Shown here one piece after another: positions 13,501 through 24,905 of a stretch of DNA of 64,000 bases (within the stretch, counting starts at the first letter, position 1; the number at the start of each line of letters is the position of its first letter). The DNA is from Hyphochytrium catenoides. Its lineage: Eukaryota > Protista > Hyphochytriomycota. The stretch covers positions 173,286 through 237,285 of the forward strand of contig FLMG01002456.1 of NCBI GenBank assembly GCA_900088475.1, given 5' to 3'. Both the position numbers and the translations under genes were made by a program. Under the pieces are notes generated by a model. It searched no databases, was not told the DNA's origin, and saw only the letters and a list, made by a program, of their open reading frames with translations.

Positions 13501-15757
13501 AAGGTATCTTACTCTTCAAGCCTTATAAATCGAAAGGAGCATCTCCCTCATATTCCTTTCACAAGCTCCAACATCTGCGCCTGAAAGGGCTATGTGACGT
13601 TTGCCAGACCGCTAGAGCTGTCCGTCGATGCCCTGAATGTCAGGCCACAAGGCCTGAACAGTATCACTTTTGCTTCGCCTGTTTCATAGTTAGACATCAA
13701 ACCTACCTGAGCAACAATCACCACTATGAGACTATCTCACGACAGCGACCTGAGAGTTTGCGATGTGTAGAGTGCGGCGGCTTGGCGTCTCGAAGGTGCG
13801 GCTGCAAGTACATGAATATTTTTGTCACGTCACATTTACCGCATCTCTTCTGCCTAATGAACACTTTGCTGCCAGCTGCAAGCCTTGTGACGACTTTTAC
13901 TGTGAGTCCTGCTTTGAAGCTACCCACAGAAAGGGCAAACGGGCTCAACACGAGTTCGTTCGTTTCCGGAAAGGCGGAAAGGTAAAGAAGGTCACCGGTT
14001 GGCGCTAATTGCCTCCATCTAACATTCACTTAAAGGTTTGTGTTGAATGCGAGTCACAGATCGCCACAAAGATATGCGATCAGTGCGAAGATGAGCTGTG
14101 TCAGGACTGTGCTATAAGAATACACCGAAAGGTCTGGTTCACATCATTTGTGTTATGGTGAATAACATGACAAGATCCGTCGCACTAAACCTCAAATAAA
14201 TGCATCAGGGACGTAAGGCGAATCACACCTTGTCTGATATGAAGGACTCAGTTCTTGGTGAAGACGGCTTTTGTGGGGCCTGCAAGCAGGGACAACCGAT
14301 GGAGCGTTGCACAGTTTGTGCAATGCCCCTCTGCCAGGGATGTAAGCTTATCCATGCTGAGGTATGAGTCCACGTATAAGAGACAAGGGAGAGGTCTTTC
14401 TGCTCTCTCTATTGCTTTCCTTGACCTTGTTGTTACAGGGACTGTGCCCCCTAAGCGATGCTTCTAAGGACAAAAAACGACAAGACGACTTACAGCTAAA
14501 GGCTCTATGCATTGAGTGTGGCAAAAATGCTGACAGAGTTTGTGACCAGTGCCATGATGCGTATTGCAGGTCAGCGCTCCTCTAGTATAATTGGTTATCC
14601 TGTACTTAGCTTGCTATCGGCAGTGACGTCTGGGAAGGCAACCCAGGGTGCTTCTACAAATATCATCAAAGAGGAGCAAGAAAGAATCATTCTTGGTCCG
14701 ACCTCAAGGACGATATTGTGACTACACAGGACCAGACCAGTCGAGTTAATAGTACTTTGGAACATCCCAGCATAAGTAGCCCTGGAGAATCAGGTCATGA
14801 GCTAGATACAGCAAGCGTCATACTGCTCCCTGCTGAGATGATCATTGCCATGAACCAGGTCATAGTCGGACTGCCGACAGAGGAATATCCACGTCTAGAG
14901 GCAGGCAAGAAATTGACAAGAGGTGGGGTACTTGGTGCTTAGGGGCGGGGTGTCCGCCAATGAGCCTCTAGCCTCTAAACTTCCTGGCTTTGATTGTGCC
15001 GAACAGCTTCATACAGAGCCAGCTTTGTGACAATTGTGGCAGCACCGGCTTTTGGGGTAAGAACGCCGTGGAGAAACTGAAGCGAGGGCCGGATGAGAAA
15101 CTTTTGTGGCACAAACTGCATCAATGTCCTTCCTGCGGTAAGAAATATTGCCAAGCCTGCGACCGAAAGCTCCACAGCCAGGTACAATGTAACTCCATGG
15201 CAGCTTAGAGACTACCAGATACTCATCTTTTTTTATCTTTACAGCAACCAGCCCAAAGTCATACTAGACAAGCGCTACCACAGCCGTGTTGTGTGTGGGG
15301 CTGTGGTAAGGCAACGTCTTCGGGCACGGAATACTGTGCAACCCATAACAGCCCACACAAGGCGGTGGATGTTAGCGCACGGGTTTCTGGCACAGCGAGG
15401 CAAGTGGAGCTCGATGCCCTTCGGTGAATGGGGTACCAGGCGCACTTTGGTTTGATTCTGATCATTACGTAAGTCCTCTCGAGCTCAGACATAAAGTGAA
15501 GCCAGGACCGAGAGGGCGAAACGCTCTTGCCTCATCCTGAGCGTGATGTAGCTGGCACTACGTTTCATTCGTGCAGGTGGTACACAGAGAATAGACAGCT
15601 ATTTCGGTTTGCCTCCTGGTGTCTTCAACTTATGTTCATCGATCCCTGCTGCCAAGCCGTGAAGTTTTCGGGCTTTCGCTCGCTGTTCTGCCAGAATCTC
15701 AGCCTGCGTCCGACCTCCTCGTTTGCCGGCGGCGGCTATGTCCACGTCAGGGCGTAG
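4593..15757 (+). CDS. Giant multi-exon protein with many IQ calmodulin-binding motifs, two SAM-like domains, WW domains and C-terminal B-box zinc fingers
   Basis: The exon joins I checked stay in frame across short introns. IQ motifs: IQTKIRGY, LQRVWRGY, IQRLWRGR, IQRVVRGF, IQALVRAY. WW: LPFGWMQEYDP, MPYGWREQV..YRNLLTG, EWQEQ..FYVNKSDNISSWTPP. SAM-like: FLHKLGAVEY..LEAMNI, YLRRLGLAH..LREMGV. B-boxes: CVECGG..CKPCDDFYCESCFEATHRKG, CIECGK..CDQCHDAYC. The 5' start is uncertain. Confidence 0.8.
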
Positions 15758-16937
15758 CTTTTCTAGCTCCACCGGCACAATCGGAGGTGGTGGTGGAAAG
15801 CAGACCTCATTTACAAGCCTGCCGCCCTAGATTAGACGCTGTAGCAGGCTTGCATGGCACAGACATAGCTTACCTATAGAAGAACAGTACTCTGCAACGG
15901 CGGAAGAACTGGTTAGTACCTACATCGCGAAAGTTGTAGACGCGATACTTACATTGGGAGTGTGAGGACCAAAGCGTAGATGTTGATAAGATAGATGTAC
16001 ACTAGTAAACAGATATTAGTCGCTTGTTTATCGTATTAGCCAACGTAGCTGTGGCCGATCAAACCTTCATCTAGAGCTTGAGTAACCGTGAACAGTGATA
16101 TCTCCATGCTAATCCACCAGGAAAAATTGAGGGCATGTAGGAATGTTCCCCAGAATTTACGAGGATTGATCTCCTGCACTCTCTTGATTATGAACATCTT
16201 TCCTCAGCGACTATGATGCCGACAGAGCTCACCCTTCCTCCACTATGCAATACAGTCTTGGCCGACCCTAGGCAGTTTAGGATCGCCAAAACAGCTGTCA
16301 GGCGGAGTGAAAGGTTAACGCTCAGTGATCCAAACCTGAGAAGCGCTGTGACTCTCCCGCTCTTGGATCTCTTGGCGATGGGGCGGCTTGCAAGAATCGT
16401 CGGCCCATCCATACCAGCTGACGCTCCAAGCTGTCTAAGCTGTCTGCGACAACTTTTCATCGTCCACACGTAGTTCGAGTGGGACAGGCAGGACAACCTC
16501 TCGTCGGTTAGCAGCTCTAAGAAACGGCCTCACTCACTCCAAGAGTGGGTGGGTCATGTCATTTATCATAAAATATACCTCCTTTCACGGGGTGGGTAGG
16601 CCTTCTAATGTCAAACGAAACGACATCCACTGATGAGTTTGATGCTGCGCTCCTCCAATTTTCTGATAGGGCCCCGTCCTCCAACTAACACTCTTAGGCC
16701 AGAGCCCAGCCTTCACAGCTCCCCGTCCTTCGGAACTCATCACTGCGCCTCCTCACTTCTGCAGACCTTCCCACTCTTACTTTCCTGGTCTCTTCAAGGC
16801 TACCTTCCCACTCCATATTGATCCGGTAGCCATCGACTTCTAGAGTGATTCAGTACGATATATAGTCCTAGAGAGCTCGATCCCTCGACAAGTGGAAAGT
16901 TTTAACATAAATTGTCGGACTAGACATCCAAGCCTGG

Positions 16938-19175
16938 ATGGAGCAGCTTGCGTGCTCCGACGCTGACAGGGCTCCGAGCAGTCAGTCGAGCACCCGCTTT
17001 CAGAGTTTCAAGCTTGAGCATGTTTCTCAACTACTCGAAGATACTCTAGTCCATCAGAACGAAAAAACCGTCGCAAACAATACCAAGGACTGCTTCTCAA
17101 GCGATGATGCAATTAGCGTACTCATCAGGTACGGCGTCTGCAACAACACGAAAGATGCCCAGACGATTTGCGAAATGCTGCTACGAGATGGGTGCATTCG
17201 ATCAATATGTGCGGAACAGCAGGCTTTTTCTGCCGGCCAGCCCACCTGGTTTCAATTTGTCCGTGGGCCTCCGCATTCACCAGTAAACTTGGGAAGTGGA
17301 ACTCTCAGTGACGCCGAGAGCCAGTGCTTCAGCGATCAGGAGCTTGAGGGCCGGACGTCTGTTCTCGACCAAGCGCCAGTCCAGCCACTGCCGAATGGGA
17401 TGCTACTGCCATCACAGTCACACATGGCAGCCATTGCTGGTAGAGCGGACGGCCCGGAGAGAAGAAGGGGCATACTTGTGAAAGAATCTCCAGCGGAGCA
17501 ACAGTTACCCTCATGGCTGGTTGTAACTGTTCATTCTGCGCACTTCCAGTCTTGTGCATTTGATGTTGATGCATTCGCTGTTGTATATGCCTTTCAAAGC
17601 CGCACCAGGAAGCGGAGATATCTTGGGAGGACTCCGATCATGTATGGTTCTATTACTCCAGCTTGGGAAGCTGACATTGGGTGCTATGTTAAGGAGACAG
17701 ACGCTACAGCTATACTGGTCGAGGTATGGCATCGTAAGGAGAGTGATAAGTATTATCTTGGCCATGTGGCTTTGAAGCCATGGGCTCATAAGGGTGAGCT
17801 CAGGTGGTACGAGCTTCAGGGCCCGACAAGACGAAAGATGTCAACCTTCTCTTCAGGGAAAATATTGATAGGCTTCCGCCAGACGGGAGGAGACGAAGAG
17901 ATCACAATTGCGGCACAGCCTAGTGTGAGACTATCGAGGCTTACTACTGTCCTGCGTGAATGCACATTTTTCTCTTCTATGGCAGCCGTAAGCTCAGCCT
18001 ACCCCTTCAATGCTGCGGTGAATTATGTGGTAGCAGGTAGAGAGTTACTTCGGTCAATCTATGCTGGAGAGCGGAGCCAGCTAGAGGATGCCAGTGAAGT
18101 TTGCAAGATATCCTGGTATATCTTCGCAAAGGTGGTCGAAAAGAATGCGGCATTTATTTCTGGTGCAGTACTTTTGGAAGATCCTGGCTTTCGCCTCTTC
18201 AACGCCTTGTCCCCTTTAGGTTACTCTAGGGCTTTTAAGGGCACAAACAGAGATGTGGCTGAATATTCCGTCAGTACGTTTGGATCCAGTCACTTTGTTG
18301 ACTATATTCGCTTCTCGATGAAGCGAGGGGCATGGTATATGCCTCAAAACAACGTCGTCTACCGTCTAAGTGGAGACTCATCATCCCTAGGCTATTATCA
18401 GGTAAGGACGGAGCAAAGGCACAATGAAGTGGGAGACGACTGCTAAGTATCCTTGATTCCTGTACAGGTTGGCATTGACATTAACGCAAGGCCTTTGAGC
18501 CCGTACGAATTAGGACTCTTCTGTGGCAAGTCTCATATACTGTTCGGGAAGCTACCCCTGAAGTCAGAATCTGAACAGAGAGACTGGCTTTTCTTTAAAC
18601 CTGAACTCTTCGGAACGAAGACTGCCACCGACCAATTGAGGCATGGGATTGAGTATCTTAAGTCAAGGAATCAGCGTCCTGTGTCAAGCGAAGCTCAGAA
18701 AGCATGTGCTGCTGCTATGAAAGAGGTCGGACTTCTGCACCAGTGCGCAAGTACCAGAAAGGAGAAGATTGACAAGGGGTACCTAGAGGACTTCCGGAAC
18801 ATCGTAACGCTAGCATACCGGACTTTGGGTTTCAAAGTCCTGCGAACTGAGCTTACAGAAGAAGAGTTACTCCAGCGAGCTGCGGTGCTTGGCATATCTT
18901 TCATGACAAATGTGGTATCCTCAATACTCTCAAAACTAGCGGAGCGAAGTACGAAGCAGAATGAGACAATTTTCTGGCGTCCCCCAGCCACAGACAAGGA
19001 TTCCCTCATCATAAACACCGTCTTGAAGCTCGGTGTAAGTTTCCAAGAAAGAATATGCTGCAGTGAACTTAACCTGGATCATCTGGAGGTTCGATTCGGA
19101 CACGAGGTTATATTAGATCTACAAGAGATCACTTCTGACATAGGAGTAAACAAAAGCATATCAAGAGCAAAGTAA
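16938..19175 (+). CDS. DEP-domain + C2-domain protein with an uncharacterised C-terminal enzyme-like domain (2 exons, intron about 18402-18467)
   Basis: DEP-like: DCFSSDDAISVLIRYGVC..AQTICEMLLRDGCIRSI..F..WFQF. C2-like: LVVTVHSA..DAFAVV..LGRT..ITPAWE..ILVEVW..YYLGHV..WYEL. CAG|GTAAGG...TACAG|GTT joins YYQ|VGID in frame. Confidence 0.8.
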
Positions 19176-19349
19176 CTACTAATTGGAACTGTAACCTCTT
19201 GCCATGGCATTAGCATCTTGACGGTCTACATAAACCCAGTCGACTCGCGCCATACCCATTATCACGGTCTGCTCGCGCTGCATTTCTCTTCACGAACAAG
19301 TAGATCTCCTGCTGATCTCAGCCATGCAGCCTGCATCCCTCTTCAAGAA

Positions 19350-19391
19350 NNNNNNNNNNNNNNNNNNNNNNNNNNNNNNNNNNNNNNNNNN
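19350..19391. other. Assembly gap (N run)
   Basis: Run of N characters. Confidence 1.
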
Positions 19392-19879
19392 TGCTTGTGT
19401 GAGGATGTGCAGGTTTGTAACCGACCACATCTTTGCTTTGCTTGCAAGTTTGGAAGCCTTCCCGGAAGAATGGAAGCTTTCAATCCATTTTGGTATAATG
19501 GGAGTACGTCAGAAAGAAACAAATAGGGCAGTTGAAAGAAACAAGTTGAAGATAAAAATAGGTTCGAGTGCGCTTTGATGAGCAGGAAGCTTCCAGCCAG
19601 ATCGTCACTCAAAGTGCTAGCCGTGTTGCTATGACCTCGCCGCCACGATGCTCAGCACTCACGGACATCAGCAAGAGTGTAAGGAACAGCGAGGCTGAAG
19701 AGCTGGGGCGGCGCTTGGCGCTACTAAGAATCATTTTACTTACTCGATCTAGGTCACCGTGACTCACTTGACACATCTAAAGTGGCATTGGTGGTGATTT
19801 CTGCATCTTTGGACTCACACTAAAAAGCTAGGCCGCTTTAGTGGCTGCCTCTGGTCTCTTGTCTCTCGTACCTATTATC

Positions 19880-21718
19880 ATGAAGTTAAGACTGGATATT
19901 AGCCTGGCCCTATTGCTGCTAGCAGCAGGTCAGGCGCTAGCTGGGGATGAGGAAGGTTCTGCCGACCTTACGGGGAATCTGGAGCTAAACCCTGGAGATG
20001 GAGAATTTTTTGGAGGGGGCGGCGATGATGATCGTGTTCCGGTTGGTTTGTCAAACTTCACTTCTGTTAATGTCAAGACAAGCACAGACAAGATTGTCAG
20101 CATCTTCATCCCGCAGCCTGTGGCCGTTGGGTTTCCCATTCAGAACTTCCCTGCATATGGCCATCTCAATGCGCAATCAATGTCGTTCATTGCTCTTGGC
20201 GATTGGGGAGTGGATCCTAGTGTACAGCCTCCGGCAGGAGCAGCCTGGGGAGTGGCGGAGCAGCAAAGGATATCGCAGCAGGTAGGTCCTCTCGTTTAGC
20301 CGCATTGCCAGTTTACTCCTGACCTGACCCCTTGATACATAGATTAGCAGCCTGGCGGAGAAAAGCAAGATCAACTTGGTGGTTAGCACCGGCAACAACT
20401 TCTTGGAGTCAGGAGTCCTTACCGTAACTGACCCAAGATGGAATACCACCTTTGAGAATAACTTCAAGATCAACGCACCTTGGTATGCTGTGCTTGGGAG
20501 GAACGACTATTTGCAGAATTCTGCTGCCAACAACGATCAAGCCACACAGGCTCAGATCCGATATACTGCTTCCTCGAAGCGTTGGTTTATGCCTTGGTAC
20601 TATTATACTAGGCTCTTCTTCGTGCAGTCCCCAGACTCAAATTTCACAGTCCAGGTACAGACATTCGATTTTACCCTCATTCGTACAGTCTCATTTGATA
20701 CATAAATTCTTGTGTAGTTCATTTTCCTTGACACCACCAGCCTCTTGGGATGGAGCGAGGGCGGCTGCCGCTGGGATAGGGGCGCCGATGAACCTGAGTG
20801 GTGCAAAGGGGACCAGGTGCCTAAGGAGGAGGAACAGCTTCAGTGGTTGGAGGACACCCTCAGCTCATCCATCGCGGACTGGTTATTCGTAGTAGGACAT
20901 CATCCAGTGTACTCAGTGGGGCAGGCAGGCATGCAGAACTACCCTCTTGGAAGTTCCAACCCGGACTTCACCAAAAAGATGATGGCGTTGCTTCCCAAAT
21001 ACAATGTCACTGCTTATCTCTCCGGACATGATCATGTCAATCAGGTAAGCATAATGAACTGTCATTCGCGGTGCAAATAGATCTGCCACTGAAGCTCCTC
21101 CTCCAGGTCCTCGGGATGAATAGTGCAAGCAATTATTACACAGCACAGTATGGAAATGTGGCACTCTTTGGGGTCGGCTGTACGGGAAAGCTTGACGGGA
21201 AGATCGTCGGCAACCAAGAGAAGCTGCAACAAATGTACTCATCTTCTGCACAACTCAAGTTTAACTCTCTGACGCCAGGATTTGGGGTCGTCAACATCAC
21301 AAGCCAACAGTTTACTTACACGGTGGTGGACCAATACGGGAAGACTTTGTACACAGAGACTTACGGTAGAACCAGATGGATTGACATAGAAGCAGTTGCC
21401 GAGCAAAGGTCTAAGCTCGTTGACGGGGATAGGAAAGATGGCTATGGCGTCTCAGCCTCTCGCATCGTCCTGATCATTGGTCTGTCTATAACAATTGCTA
21501 TTGGCATCGGATACCTTATTTACAGAAGAGCCTTCGTGGCTGGACAATTTAACCCTGCAGCACGCCTGCAGAAGTCCAGGAATGATCATGCCATTACTAT
21601 TGAGAAGGATTCTGGCGCCTCAGTTCTCATGATGAAGAAGAAGCCCGCGCAGAGTGGAAATCCACCTGCCACTGTTGCAGGTCTGGAGAAAGGAGTCAAA
21701 CAGCTAGACTCTCTTTAA
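19880..21718 (+). CDS. Type-I membrane calcineurin-like metallophosphoesterase (ACP5/purple acid phosphatase fold) with degenerate metal-binding motifs; 4 exons
   Basis: Signal peptide MKLRLDISLALLLLAAGQALA. Motifs GDWG, TGNNFL, PWYAVLGRNDY, RWFMP, FLDT, QLQWLE, VVGHHP, YLSGHDH. C-terminal TM IVLIIGLSITIAIGIGYLIY followed by RR. Confidence 0.88.
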
Positions 21719-21823
21719 TCTCAATAAATACTTCTATCGGCACGAGATCCTCCTGGCCGCCCCATTTGAATCGCCCACGTAAGCTCCAAAGCGCAGCGTC
21801 TGATTTCGGTGAAGGTTGTGGAT

Positions 21824-22769
21824 TCAATTACTGTCTTCATCGACCGTAATACTCGTTCCCTTAGTTGTGCTCTGCACAGAGGTAAAATAGCCTCGAGGAC
21901 TTTCGAGGCCTAAACAATGTTCAGAACTGATCAGCTCACACTCTGCCTTCTTCGGACGTACCTTATAGAAACATTCAACGTCGGCACCATTAATAATTCT
22001 AACCTGACTCTTGACCAGAGCGCGTTGCTCTGTATGTCTACAGCTTCTCCAAATGCATTCAAGGCGTTCTCTGTCGTCCCGATGTCGAAGCAGCAGAGTC
22101 TGCACCAATAAGTCAACTTACTCAACGCATGCATAAGACCAAAGGCGCTGCCTACCGCCAGTGAAGTAAGCAAATCTAGTTCTTCGCTTGGTCCTTTGCG
22201 ACTTTTTCCAGCCCGGGGCTCACCCTTGAAGCAGTGATACTTTGGTGGTATGTGACACAGACATTCTTATGTGCAAAGAAGACACATGAAGAGAAAACAA
22301 GTATCTTACCTTATGTGACATGGTATCAGGGCTAGACATCATTGTGTTTAAGCCCTCAGCACTATCATTGGTTTTGAAGCGTGATTCGGGGGCCCTAGCG
22401 GTAGAGCGCTGAGCCAGATGAGGTTAGGGTCCATGCAAGTTTCAGGTCTCTGACGGCTCTTACTTGACGCTCGGTGGAGGTGGAGCTCTGTTGTGTAAGG
22501 TGCTTTCCGAATCTGTCGACCAAGTGTATGACACTGCCCGTACTAAGATTAGAGATTGGGTAGTTTGTCGGCGTTTCATCAGGAGATGAAGATGAATATG
22601 CCGCTTGCGAAAGTCGTTCTTCTCTGTCGGGCGAAGAAGTTACTGAAGAGAGGAAACTAAACTCATCCAAAGACCGCTGTGGTGTTGCATTATCCTCATC
22701 AGAATCCCAGGCTGACAAGAAGGAATCTGACTGCATGATATCTCCCTTTCGCCTCTTTGAGGCAAGCAT
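21824..22769 (-). CDS. Hypothetical multi-exon protein (Ser-rich N-terminus)
   Basis: ORFs 22395-22769 and 21824-22108 are linked by apparent GT-AG introns (donor GTAAGA near 22309). No domain recognised. Confidence 0.45.
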
Positions 22770-23051
22770 ACATAAGAACTACCACTAACTATGTATTACG
22801 CGGGAATCAGAAGTCGTAATCCCGGACAGCTTTTGGACCGCTGAAGAGAGACAGACAGAGCCTAAGGTAATAGTCAGTGAGAAGCAGTCAGGCATTGGAT
22901 CCTTAGATCAGGGCCTATTCTTCCTTGGCCATCCCAGTCATCACGCAGATGGTCAGCAAGAACTGCGAAGTTTCGAACTGCTCTGGATCGCGCGCCGATG
23001 GCGGGAAGTGGTTATAAAAGGAGCCGCTAACGCTAAATCTCTATAACCCCT

Positions 23052-23085
23052 CCCCTACTTGTACAACCCCCCTACTTGTACAACC
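23052..23085. repeat. Perfect 17-bp tandem duplication (CCCCTACTTGTACAACC x2)
   Basis: Read directly: 23052-23068 and 23069-23085. Confidence 0.95.
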
Positions 23086-23803
23086 CACATGTCAAAAGTG
23101 TACAAATAAATAAAAGTACAAGAGTTTCGCAGTACAAGTACAGTAACCAAGAAGAGTGTTGTTGTGAGGGGAGGAGGCGGAAGAGAAAGAAGGACCACTT
23201 GAACCGAGAAAGAAAACCAGTATGACGGTAGCTACCAGTATTGTGCGCCTCTAAATACGTACTATCCTGTTTCCTATTGGGTAAATATTGTGAGAATCTG
23301 CTTTAAAAAAGAATATCGCCCACAGACCTACCTGCCTTCAAAGGGCACGCAGTCTGGCTGCAAAATCAGTGCTTCCTCATCACTCTGTATAGAATACAGC
23401 CCCACCAACCCCTATCGCCTACAATAACATGCAGCTAGAAAGGTAAGACATCTACTCGAAATTTACCCAGCCGTGTCATCGGCGAAGGATTGGGCTGATG
23501 TGAAGCTTAGCTCGTTGATGTAGCAGTCTCCACCGGTTGAGTATCAGACAAATCCATCACTTTGAAGCGACATAGACTAGTGAAGGGCCCAAGGTTTACC
23601 ATAAGTGCGGCAGAACGTCAGCCGAGGCCAGAACACGCGGCTGGGGCGCTGCAGATGCTTCAGCTCCAGCCAGCAGTAAACGCGCAGTGCTGTGGGCCAG
23701 GGCTGCCTTCTGGAAATCTCTGCACTTATCAGTTTTTTGAAGCTTGCCAGAATGCTCTTTGCCGCAAGCTACGAGCGCCTGACAGCGCCTTCGTCGGCGT
23801 TAT

Positions 23804-23865
23804 TAATTCAGCGGATCCGGTTACTATCTAGCACATAATTCAGCGGATCGGTTATAATCTAGCAC
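23804..23865. repeat. Imperfect tandem duplication of about 31 bp (TAATTCAGCGGATC(C)GGTTA..ATCTAGCAC)
   Basis: Read directly: two copies at 23804 and 23836, upstream of ORF 24033. Confidence 0.9.
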
Positions 23866-24032
23866 TGGTGGATACCAATCTGAATTAGTTAACTGTCCGC
23901 GGAAGCCTAAGTGCGTTCTGAGTTGCCGACGGAGTACTCACACTTGGTTCGTGCTGTACATACTACAAGCTCCGAAGACCCTAACAACCTCCGCGTGAAG
24001 GTGAAGCTTAGTGCTAAGCTGCGCAAGAGAAG

Positions 24033-24905
24033 ATGAGAGCTACAGCTGACTACTCAACTGTACACTCGCCCGTGGAGTCACGGCCAGCGACTGCGGTTGC
24101 CGTGGCCGTTCCCTCAGATGTAGAGGAGCCTCCCTACGATTTGGAGGTTGTCTCTACAGAGCCGGTCGTTTCTGGTTCAGGGTCAGATCGCAGACTGAAG
24201 AAGCTTTGGACGGTTGGCACGCTCATCCTTGCCCTGGGTGCGATAGCAGCAGTGGTAGGAATGACCTCTTTTCATAAGGGATCTTCATCTCAGGATCCAG
24301 CTGCCAGTCCTACATTAGACTCACCGCAGGGAAAGGGCTTGCCACACTCAGGAGAGCACATTGCGATGGACGCCATGATGGAGAATGAAACGGTATTTGA
24401 GGAGTATCAAGAGCACGTTGTCAGAGGCGAGTTCCTAAGTGGTAACCCACCAGCGTTGAACGGTGGAATCGAAGGAGGAAACAGTCCCGGGGTGGCAGAT
24501 TCCGCAGTCGCCGGTGGCGGCCCATCACTCCCGGACTGCACAATCAGCACTTTTCAGAATATAGACATCTGTGAGGGGATGACTCCACAACTTCTTCAGC
24601 AGTTGTTGGATAATGCCGCCACAATACCACAGGCGCCACCCGTACAATCACAACCACCAGGGCTGCCACCTGCGTCGCAGCCTCAAGCGACACCGGCTCC
24701 TGCGCCGGTCCCAACTCCTGTCGTTAGCCGTCCAGGTGGCTCAGCGCCGAATCCCGCGCCTCCTCCTTCTGGAGGAAGCCCCCCTCTTCCACCACCTAAC
24801 TCACCCAGCACCATCTCAGATGGAGTCACATTCCTCACTCTTATATGTAATTGTCTCAAGGGATCAAATGGTGCTGATGATGATTGTACCTGTTTGGCGC
24901 AGTAA
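24033..24905 (+). CDS. Intronless single-pass (type II-like) membrane protein with a Pro-rich stalk and Cys-containing segments
   Basis: 290-aa ORF. RRLKK precedes TM LWTVGTLILALGAIAAVVGM; PAPAPVPTP/PPP region; Cys pairs CTISTFQNIDIC, CNC and CTC. Confidence 0.7.
   Translation: MRATADYSTVHSPVESRPATAVAVAVPSDVEEPPYDLEVVSTEPVVSGSGSDRRLKKLWTVGTLILALGAIAAVVGMTSFHKGSSSQDPAASPTLDSPQGKGLPHSGEHIAMDAMMENETVFEEYQEHVVRGEFLSGNPPALNGGIEGGNSPGVADSAVAGGGPSLPDCTISTFQNIDICEGMTPQLLQQLLDNAATIPQAPPVQSQPPGLPPASQPQATPAPAPVPTPVVSRPGGSAPNPAPPPSGGSPPLPPPNSPSTISDGVTFLTLICNCLKGSNGADDDCTCLAQ

Noticed and set aside
16188-16496. Overlapping opposite-strand ORFs between the giant gene and the DEP-C2 gene
   Set aside because: Short, with no motifs and no convincing exon chain. 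A small gene cannot be supported.
23804-23865. ~31-bp repeats as a CRISPR array
   Set aside because: Only two copies, directly abutting with no spacer, no cas genes, and a eukaryotic context.
24891-24905. C-terminal CLAQ as a CaaX prenylation motif, and a prenylation 'cluster' with ICME and Rab32
   Set aside because: Predicted type-II topology places the C-terminus outside the cytosol. The genes are many kb apart and interspersed with unrelated genes.
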